Source: a virus (taxonomy: Duplodnaviria; Caudoviricetes). Taken from it: a stretch of DNA of 64,000 nt. Under the pieces are notes generated by a model, which saw nothing but the letters and a program-made list of their open reading frames with translations, was not told the origin of the DNA and searched no databases. The translations under genes were made by a program, and so were the position numbers. Shown in pieces: positions 1-7,352 of this stretch (positions within the stretch are counted from its first letter, which is position 1; every line of letters begins with the position of its first letter). Location of the stretch: positions 213,198-277,197 of the IMG/VR virus record IMGVR_UViG_3300048598_000287; one strand, written 5' to 3'.

Positions 1-889
1 GCCGTGAATCATTGTTCAAAGCCCTGCATGTTCCCGTAGCATTTGCTTCCGATGTGAACGGTATGTTAAGAAAATTTTTACAATAGTATATAGATGGGAT
101 TTTGAGAAGATACCTGGATGTTGCTGGTTTACATAATACAGTGTCATATGAATCAGAAGAACAATATTTATGCGGGTTTTCATCAGGTAAAGAAGACGTC
201 AACTTATATGTCCATTGTTCCATGGTATCAAAGAAAAGAACATATTTAGGAAACTTTCTGTTCATCTTCTGAAAAATATTCTTTATTTTCTTATTTACTG
301 CTGCACGAGAAGAACATTCTTTAACATCTATTGCTGTATTATTAATACGGCAGATCAGGACGCCAAAATTAGGTTCCGAATGTTTAGAAATATCTGCTAA
401 AAGCTGCATCCCGCAATCCGATAGCATTGCCAATTTAATAATGTTCTCTTCAAGCCAATAATGAGTCATATATGACGCATTGATGTTCATTGACCTAGCG
501 CGAGAAAGTATTTCCTGTATACGGGCAATCATTAAACTGTCAATGCCTAGCCAAGGTGCATATTTATCGATGATGAGCCTTTTAGCTGAATCAGATAATA
601 CATATTCATAGATATCATTATTGTCACTGGAATCAGTATGACAATTTATTCTTAGCGGATCGTTATATTTCACATCAATATATGTCCGGTATTTATCGCA
701 GGCAAAAAATAGTCGCATGTTATCATCAGACATGTTGCAGTCTACATAATCAGAAACGCACAAGATTTTATTTGCATTTAAAGCAGGAGCATCAGAGGCA
801 TTTATGAAATCAGACCAGTGTAAATAAAATGTTCCATTTGATATACTATCTTTGCTATAACGCATTTGGCATCCTGTATTTGCTTCCAT
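1..889 (-). CDS. Hypothetical protein, runs off the left edge (>=296 aa, MEANTGCQMRYSKDSIS...)
   Basis: Manual translation: ATG at 889, open to position 2 with no stop, so it is missing from the ORF track. Its first ~29 codons lie in repeat copy 1. Confidence 0.8.
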   Translation of the reverse strand, partial: MEANTGCQMRYSKDSISNGTFYLHWSDFINASDAPALNANKILCVSDYVDCNMSDDNMRLFFACDKYRTYIDVKYNDPLRINCHTDSSDNNDIYEYVLSDSAKRLIIDKYAPWLGIDSLMIARIQEILSRARSMNINASYMTHYWLEENIIKLAMLSDCGMQLLADISKHSEPNFGVLICRINNTAIDVKECSSRAAVNKKIKNIFQKMNRKFPKYVLFFDTMEQWTYKLTSSLPDENPHKYCSSDSYDTVLCKPATSRYLLKIPSIYYCKNFLNIPFTSEANATGTCRALNNDSR

Positions 890-989
890 ATATTCTTTTG
901 CTAAAGTTCATCAGTAATTCTTTAATATAGTAAAAAATAACCGTTATGTCAATGCTATTTTAAAAAATCGCCTGATGTTCCGAATTCCA
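802..989. repeat. Direct repeat copy 1 (188 bp)
   Basis: TTATGAAATCAGACCAG...GTTCCGAATTCCA aligns with 3826-4010 with 5 substitutions and 3 nt of indels by manual comparison. Confidence 0.97.
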
Positions 990-3738
990 CTTTGGGGAGG
1001 GCATCGACGATGTCCATGGTTTTGATGCTTAGGTCGATGACAGAAAGGAGGGTGTCGAGGATGTAGCGGGGGTTTTGGTGTTCTTTTGCCCAGTCGTTGC
1101 AGTCGTTTGTGATTAGGCTCGCTTTGTCCTGGGTGACGGCATAGCGCTCGACTATCCAATCGATGGCGGATTTACCGTTTACGATGTAATCGTAGGCACG
1201 GGCGGGAATGTTTTCAATGGTGATCTGAGGGTTGTAGAGAATCTTGAATTTGTCGGACTTGCCTGCGAAGCGCATTTTGTCAGGAATGCGGAAATACTTG
1301 TAGTCTTCAGGGGTGCCGCTTGCGCTTTTGTCCCCTGCGATGTTTATGCCGAGTTTTTTGGCGAGCGCCCTGGCCTCGGCGGTGGATTTCTCATAATTCA
1401 GATGGAGACCGGCTAGGGCGCGGCCCGCTTTTTCAAAGGCGGCGAAATCTTCGTAGCCGGAGACGAAAATGATTTTCGGGAGCGATTTCTTGAGGTCGTC
1501 TTTGAAAGTTTCCCGGTAGTCCTTGCTGTGGAGGAACCCGTAGACGTAATAGAAGATGTTTTCTTTGGTGATTTTTTTGTTTGCACCGTAGATGCGTCTG
1601 GCTTCAGCTAGAGCCCAGTTGGAGACCCCGTCTTTCCTTTCAAGTTCCTGTGCAAAGAGGTCGCCTTTATTTTGTTCCGAATAGTAATGGAACGGGAAAC
1701 ATTGACTTTTCCCTATGAGTTCAAGGTCAGGAAGAGTATTTGAAATGATACAGGAAAAATCTTTGGTTACGCCAATTCCAGAAACGCAGATGACGAGGTT
1801 TTGCGTATCGGGGGTGGGGAAAAGACGAGGGCTAAGGCCAAAGCACTCTATTAAATCATTTTGAGCATATAAATTTTGTTTTTGAAAGGGTCGATAAGAT
1901 CCCAATCTTACAAAATCATCGGAATATTCAATATTTTTTCCATTGACTAGTGATTTTTTTAGTCCGCGTGTCCAACTTATTTTTGTTGGATCACTGCTGA
2001 GAATGTCTTCCAGTTTCTTTCCTGATTTTACTGCTTTTTTATATAATTCCCGCTGAGAATTGTAGAAATCTACACATGATTTCATATTCTTTTGCAGGTT
2101 TTTCTCCGAGAATGAATAAACCCAAGAATCTCTATTTGTAGCCACACCAATAGCATTTGTTTCAAACAAACTTTTTGTTCCCGTGTCAAATTTCTTTTCA
2201 GGAGCAAGTGGTGTTAGCGTATCAAATACGCCGCCACGTTGGTTGATCCAGTCGGCTTTTTCGTTGGGTGTAATTTGTTCCCACTTTATATGTTGAATGG
2301 ATACAGCTTCTTTCAATATTTCCAGTTTACGCTCCCGGGTCAGGTAGTCGCCGATGTCGTGGTAATGGATTTCGCAGGGCCGCCCTTTCTTCGCGGGATT
2401 GTAAACGAGGAAGGTGATGGTCACGGGAGTACGGCTGCCGCTCCCGAATATTTTGCCGCCTTCTTTCCTTGAAAGTTCTCCGCTCGTCCGCTGGTTCCCT
2501 CGTAGGTTGAGTACCCAGATGCCCGTGAACTCTTCGACCAGACATTTCCGCATACCGTCCTGCCCGTTGCCGTCCAACCAGCCGCCATTGGAGATAAAGG
2601 CGACGATGCCGCCTTCCTTGTTCTTTTGAATGCGGTCGCTTGCAAAACGGAATGCCTTGATATAGGAATCGTAAAGGGATTTTTTCAGGTTTGCGGTGGA
2701 TTTCGCGGCATAGCTATCTTCAACCCTGGCGTCCAATACAGGGTAGCTTAAATTCTGGGCGTTGTCGTTTGCGCTTTTTTGCCCTACGGAATAGGGCGGG
2801 TTCCCGATTATCACGCGGACAGGAATTCTACGCTGCCGTTCCACTTCCCTGTAGTTGTCATCAAAGTAGCCATCCAGCTTCGCCGCCTCCTGGCTGCTTC
2901 CGTCATCGCTTTCCGCCGTCTGGAAGGTATCGGTCAGGCAGATTCCGTTAAAGGGCAGGTATGCGGCCGACTTGTTCAAATCGTGGTAGACGCTTTCGAT
3001 GTTCACGTCGGCAATGTAATAGGCGAGCAGCACGATTTCATTCGCGTGGAGTTCCTTTTTGTATTTGCGCTCCATGTCCTCCTTTTGAATGAGTCCGCTC
3101 TGAAGGAGCCTCGTGATGAACGTGCCCGTTCCCGTGAACGGATCCATGATGTGAACGTCGCGGTTCGTCAGATCGGTTTTGAATTCATCGTGCAGAAGAA
3201 TATTCACGGAATGGATGATAAAGTCAACGCACTCGATCGGCGTATAGACTATGCCCAGTTTTTCAACCGTGGTCGGGAACGCGGATTTGAAGAACTTTTC
3301 GTAGAGTTCCTTGATGACTTTCTGCTTGCCTTCGAGGTTATCGAGCTGTCCGACGTTTGTGCGCACGGAGGTATAGAATTTTTCCAGTTCCCCGGCCTCT
3401 TCGTTCACGCCCTGCTTCTGGAGTTCCCTGATGACGCGGGCCATGGTACGCGATATGGAATTGTTGTCGACGAACTTGTAGTCGGCGAACAGGGCGTCGA
3501 ATACAGGCTGCGTGATCATGTGCTGGGCGAGCATCTGCACCGCGTCGTTTTCGGTCACGGAATTGTTGATGTTCTTCCGGAGCGCCGCCAGATATTTTTC
3601 AAAGAGCTGCTTTGTCCGGCTGTTCTGCTCCGCTCGCAGGTAGTCAATCCGGGCGATGTATTTCTTCGCGATGACGCCGACATCCTGCTTTCTTGCATTC
3701 GCAAAATTGATCGTATGATTTGTTGAACGGGCCATCAT
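955..3738 (-). CDS. N6-adenine DNA methyltransferase derived from a Type ISP (LlaGI/LlaBIII-like) R-M enzyme; coupler-MTase-TRD only, no nuclease or helicase
   Basis: GIVYTP, motif I DPFTGTGTF, motif IV IIGNPPYS, LNLRGNQRTSGELSRKEGGKIFG, YRPFQKQ, YIVNGKSAIDWIVERY...NDCNDW...PRYI. 927 aa with no Walker A/DEAH. GC content visibly above the flanks. Confidence 0.92.
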   Translation of the reverse strand: MMARSTNHTINFANARKQDVGVIAKKYIARIDYLRAEQNSRTKQLFEKYLAALRKNINNSVTENDAVQMLAQHMITQPVFDALFADYKFVDNNSISRTMARVIRELQKQGVNEEAGELEKFYTSVRTNVGQLDNLEGKQKVIKELYEKFFKSAFPTTVEKLGIVYTPIECVDFIIHSVNILLHDEFKTDLTNRDVHIMDPFTGTGTFITRLLQSGLIQKEDMERKYKKELHANEIVLLAYYIADVNIESVYHDLNKSAAYLPFNGICLTDTFQTAESDDGSSQEAAKLDGYFDDNYREVERQRRIPVRVIIGNPPYSVGQKSANDNAQNLSYPVLDARVEDSYAAKSTANLKKSLYDSYIKAFRFASDRIQKNKEGGIVAFISNGGWLDGNGQDGMRKCLVEEFTGIWVLNLRGNQRTSGELSRKEGGKIFGSGSRTPVTITFLVYNPAKKGRPCEIHYHDIGDYLTRERKLEILKEAVSIQHIKWEQITPNEKADWINQRGGVFDTLTPLAPEKKFDTGTKSLFETNAIGVATNRDSWVYSFSEKNLQKNMKSCVDFYNSQRELYKKAVKSGKKLEDILSSDPTKISWTRGLKKSLVNGKNIEYSDDFVRLGSYRPFQKQNLYAQNDLIECFGLSPRLFPTPDTQNLVICVSGIGVTKDFSCIISNTLPDLELIGKSQCFPFHYYSEQNKGDLFAQELERKDGVSNWALAEARRIYGANKKITKENIFYYVYGFLHSKDYRETFKDDLKKSLPKIIFVSGYEDFAAFEKAGRALAGLHLNYEKSTAEARALAKKLGINIAGDKSASGTPEDYKYFRIPDKMRFAGKSDKFKILYNPQITIENIPARAYDYIVNGKSAIDWIVERYAVTQDKASLITNDCNDWAKEHQNPRYILDTLLSVIDLSIKTMDIVDALPKVEFGTSGDFLK

Positions 3739-3743
3739 ATAAA

Positions 3744-3752
3744 TAGTTTATA
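3744..3752 (-). promoter_or_regulatory. Late-promoter-like motif TATAAACTA upstream of the methyltransferase
   Basis: Exact copy of the motif found before structural genes, 5 nt upstream of the ATG. Confidence 0.75.
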
Positions 3753-3789
3753 TCCTTCATATAAATTATATCTTTATTAACTTACACTC

Positions 3790-3818
3790 TTGCATATATT
3801 CCATCAATTTACTATATT
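3790..3818 (+). promoter_or_regulatory. Putative sigma70-type promoter TTGCAT-N17-TATATT facing repeat copy 2
   Basis: Similar to TTGCAA-N16-TATATT (14312) and TTGCCA-N16-TATATT (19587), which precede replication genes. Confidence 0.4.
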
Positions 3819-3825
3819 TTCTGTA

Positions 3826-3912
3826 TTATGAAATCAGACCAGCGTAAATAAAATGTTCCATTTGATATGCTATCTTTGCTATAACGCATTTGCATCCTGT
3901 ATTTGCTTCCAT
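3826..3912 (-). pseudogene. Truncated, frameshifted duplicate of the 5' end of the ORF starting at 889
   Basis: CGCATTTGCATC here versus CGCATTTGGCATC in copy 1 (1-nt deletion). Homology stops at 3826. Confidence 0.75.
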
Positions 3913-4010
3913 ATATTCTTTTGCTAAAGCTCATCAGTAATTCTTTAATATAGAAAAATAACCGTTATGCCAATGCTATTTTAAAAAATCACCTGATGTT
4001 CCGAATTCCA
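3826..4010. repeat. Direct repeat copy 2 (185 bp)
   Basis: Matches 802-989. Contains the 3' end of the polymerase-like gene, the intergenic spacer and a frameshifted start of the 889 ORF. Confidence 0.97.
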
Positions 4011-5535
4011 TCCGTTCCTCTTCGGTAAATGTAGGAATTTCAATATTTGAAAGGGCGTCGTCAAAAATTTTCTTAGCTGCTGAAGCATATCGTTCATCTA
4101 CGATAATGCTGTCATGAACGGTGCAGACAGGACAATGTAAGTTATTTTTAATATTTTTGTAAACTATTCCAAATACAAGATGGCTTTCTGTACGTTGAAG
4201 TTCATGCGCCAAAGCTGTATGATTTTTATATTTAATTAGCTGTATTACCTTATAAAGAGAAGGAAACTCTGCTTTCCATATATATTGAATGGCTTTAACG
4301 AGCCGATGCTTCTTGTGAGAGAAGAACGGTCCGCAGAAAAGGCATGTGAGAAATTCTTTCTTGACTTCAGAACGGTCGCATGAAAGACACATAGAATCAT
4401 TAAGAAAAGAAAGAAAATGTTCATAAAGAGAACCAGAAACAAGAAGTGAACGATAGGAAGAGAGGTCAGAGTGGAAAGTTTTAATGAAAGAAGAAGTAAA
4501 TAAAGTGGAATAATGTGAGTAATCAAATTTCATATCTATATATGAATCCACAATATGTTCTCGCCCGTCATAATGTGATATGAAGTTATCGAACACCTTG
4601 TATAGAAAAGCTCCCTGAGAACTTTTAATGTCAATTCCCACAGTTGGACGTCCATCACATAATATACAGTTTTTTCTGACTTCTTTTTTTATCTGCGTTA
4701 TGTTTGTATGGACTCGTCCATATGCGTCTCTTTTGCAATATATAGAATATGGATCATTGACATATCCGTCAAATGCGTCAACCTTGTGCAATTCTTCAGA
4801 CATTCGTTCGGCTGATATCTTATTTTTTGATACCATATCTGATAATATTCGATGGCTTTTATCTTTATCTATTGAAAAATGCTGTAAATCTTCATATAGT
4901 TCCCTGATTTGTGGAAGACTCATCTGTTCTTTCTTTACTTCTTCTGCATGAAGCGAAAGCCTTCTATAAAGTCTTGGATTTGAAATTTTAATTACCCGGA
5001 CTCCGCCCTGCCTTTTTGGAATGTCGCCTGATGTCTCCTGATTTTTTGTAATCAGATATCTATGGACATATAACAGGAAATCTGAAGTGAACCAATAGTG
5101 CTTACATTTTCCTTTCACTTCTTTCGTACCTTTTATATATGAGTCGCTTCTACCGATGATGCCCATTTGTATAAGGATTTTTACATATTTTAGATAGTTA
5201 GATCCTATTATTCGATTGTATATGCGTGAATATATAGGAACCGCCCATCGTGTAAGATCTATAGGCCATCCATGTTTCATTGCTATGTTGAATGCTATCT
5301 GATATCGTCGATATATCGTATTTATGATGTACAGAAGGTATTCATAGTTTTCCGCTATGCTTCCAGATAGCTCATTATTGGTTTGCATATATTCAAATAT
5401 ACGGTTAGGCACAAGCATCTTGTCGAAAGTGTATAAGCTGTCCGACTCTGCGAAGTGGTCTAGTACGTTTATTGAAGAAAATGCGTTTTTTGTCATCGCC
5501 ATACAATATACATTTTTCTGAATCATTTTTGGCAA
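3976..5535 (-). CDS. Small family-A-like polymerase (TV-Pol-like) with possible N-terminal winged helix and no exonuclease domain
   Basis: GRVHT, motif A GIDIKSSQ, motif B RSEVKKEFLTCLF, LQRTES, motif C TVHDSIIV. True start may be the ATG at 5526. Confidence 0.75.
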   Translation of the reverse strand: MPKMIQKNVYCMAMTKNAFSSINVLDHFAESDSLYTFDKMLVPNRIFEYMQTNNELSGSIAENYEYLLYIINTIYRRYQIAFNIAMKHGWPIDLTRWAVPIYSRIYNRIIGSNYLKYVKILIQMGIIGRSDSYIKGTKEVKGKCKHYWFTSDFLLYVHRYLITKNQETSGDIPKRQGGVRVIKISNPRLYRRLSLHAEEVKKEQMSLPQIRELYEDLQHFSIDKDKSHRILSDMVSKNKISAERMSEELHKVDAFDGYVNDPYSIYCKRDAYGRVHTNITQIKKEVRKNCILCDGRPTVGIDIKSSQGAFLYKVFDNFISHYDGREHIVDSYIDMKFDYSHYSTLFTSSFIKTFHSDLSSYRSLLVSGSLYEHFLSFLNDSMCLSCDRSEVKKEFLTCLFCGPFFSHKKHRLVKAIQYIWKAEFPSLYKVIQLIKYKNHTALAHELQRTESHLVFGIVYKNIKNNLHCPVCTVHDSIIVDERYASAAKKIFDDALSNIEIPTFTEEERMEFGTSGDFLK

Positions 5536-5565
5536 AATTCATGAAAAATGGCAGTTATGCTCATT

Positions 5566-5581
5566 AAAAACGTATTTTAAT
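5566..5581 (+). promoter_or_regulatory. Early/middle-type motif AAAAACGTATTTTAAT upstream of uvsW
   Basis: Related copies at 11733, 12967, 15866 and 18432, all directly before non-structural genes. Confidence 0.65.
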
Positions 5582-5630
5582 GGTGCAGAGCACCTTGGTA
5601 AGGAAATGCTAATGGTTTCGGAGATAACAG

Positions 5631-7352
5631 ATGAACGCATATTTTGATTTTTTAGAAGGAAATTCGTCGGTTGTGACCGTTTCCGGAGGAAGTGACACGG
5701 CAATGCGTCGCGTATATAGTTTTATGAACGGGGCCATAAAGTATCATGACAAGCAGGCCGAATATAGCGATGAATATAAATATGGTTTCGGAGATAATTT
5801 TGTTAATTTTTATGATAGAAAAACCAATTCGCTGCCAATAGGACTTATTCCGAGATTATGTTCTCTTATAAAGGGACAGTTTCCTGATATTACGATAGGG
5901 CTTTCTCCTCGCATCCGTTCGATGTTCACCCCTCCGGTTCACCTTAGCAACGAAGACATACTTAAGTATGCAGATACGCTTAATATACATGACCGTAAGA
6001 GTGGACACGCGATGTCTCTTTATGATCATCAGCTTAAGCTAATATATGAGGCGATGAATCATAGAAGAGGATCATTGAAGGCGTGCACATCGGCAGGTAA
6101 ATCATTGGCCATGTATGTCATGACAAGATATTTGAATGAAGTCGAGCATAGGAAAGTACTGATCGTAGTTCCTAATCAGGGTCTGGTACTTCAGCTTTAC
6201 AATAATTTTTATGACGATTATGGCTGGGATGATGCTGGAAATACATGCACGCTTATATACAGTGATTCCAAGGATAAGGTCACCGCTGCTAAAAAGAAGA
6301 AGCTGGCTGAGCTTAACATGGGAGAACAGGCGATGCTTAAGCCGGTGACTATTTCCACATGGCAGAGTCTTCAGCATAAAGAGCCGGAGTTTTTCAAATC
6401 ATTTCAGGCAGTCATAGTGGACGAGGCGCACGGTACCAGGGGAATTAAACTACGGACGATACTTGATTTATGTATTAACGCAGATAATTTCAAGATAGGC
6501 GTGTCCGGAACGCTTCCTGATGATGGTCTTGACGCAGGATATATAGAATCATCATTAGGTAAAAAATACGACATAGTGAATCTTAATGAATTGGTCGAGA
6601 AAGGACTGCTTACTCCTGTTAAGGTGGTCGCTCTTTTTGTGCCTTATCCTGTGGATTGCCGCCCTATGATATGTTATTCCAAGTTCGATGAAGAATACTC
6701 CATCGTTACTGGAAACCGTAGCCGGCTTGACATAATGGACATGCTTATCGGAAGCGGAAAAATAACGACATCGCAGAACACCGTTATACTTTTCAGAAAC
6801 ATAACTCCTCTTGAGACGATGCTGTCTTATTTATCTGAAACACATCCGGAATTCAAATATCATGTGATAAAGGGAGAAATAAAGGCGTCTGAAAGAGAGT
6901 CCATAAGGAACATGATGGAAGACAGTTCTGGAAATATACTCATCGGTACATATGGATGCCTACAGGCCGGGATGAACATAAAGAATCTGGATAATCTGGT
7001 TTTCGGAGATCCTGGAAAGTCAATGTATATGATTTGCCAATCGATAGGAAGAATTGTGCGGAAGAATTTTGGAAAAGAGGTGGCTACTTGCTATGATATA
7101 GTTGATGATGCATCCTATCTAGTTCATGGACGTAAAAGAGGAAATTACATGAGGCAAAACTGCATGGTAAGGCATTTTGGAGAGCGGATGAAATATTACG
7201 AGAACGACCATATTCCGGTTACTACGGTTGATCTTTCCGGGATTGTAGATGCCGATATAAAAATAGATGACATAAAGAAAAAGCGGAAGGAAAAGGCCGA
7301 TAGGAAAGGCAAAAAACCCAATAAAATGAAAGGATACCGTAGGCAGTTTTAA
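5631..7352 (+). CDS. uvsW: UvsW-like SF2 DNA helicase
   Basis: LYDHQ, CTSAGKS, VDEAH, SGT, GMNIKNL, QSIGRIVR, YDIVDD; T4-like context. Confidence 0.9.
   Translation: MNAYFDFLEGNSSVVTVSGGSDTAMRRVYSFMNGAIKYHDKQAEYSDEYKYGFGDNFVNFYDRKTNSLPIGLIPRLCSLIKGQFPDITIGLSPRIRSMFTPPVHLSNEDILKYADTLNIHDRKSGHAMSLYDHQLKLIYEAMNHRRGSLKACTSAGKSLAMYVMTRYLNEVEHRKVLIVVPNQGLVLQLYNNFYDDYGWDDAGNTCTLIYSDSKDKVTAAKKKKLAELNMGEQAMLKPVTISTWQSLQHKEPEFFKSFQAVIVDEAHGTRGIKLRTILDLCINADNFKIGVSGTLPDDGLDAGYIESSLGKKYDIVNLNELVEKGLLTPVKVVALFVPYPVDCRPMICYSKFDEEYSIVTGNRSRLDIMDMLIGSGKITTSQNTVILFRNITPLETMLSYLSETHPEFKYHVIKGEIKASERESIRNMMEDSSGNILIGTYGCLQAGMNIKNLDNLVFGDPGKSMYMICQSIGRIVRKNFGKEVATCYDIVDDASYLVHGRKRGNYMRQNCMVRHFGERMKYYENDHIPVTTVDLSGIVDADIKIDDIKKKRKEKADRKGKKPNKMKGYRRQF

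Noticed and set aside
215-400. 61-aa plus-strand ORF
   Set aside because: Antisense to the longer minus-strand ORF starting at 889.
2779-3726. 315-aa plus-strand ORF antisense to the MTase
   Set aside because: Shadow ORF expected from GC-rich codon usage on the opposite strand; no RBS or motif.
802-4010. Repeats as transposon target duplication, att sites or a CRISPR array
   Set aside because: 188 bp is far longer than a target-site duplication, there are only two copies, and no transposase or integrase is in the window.
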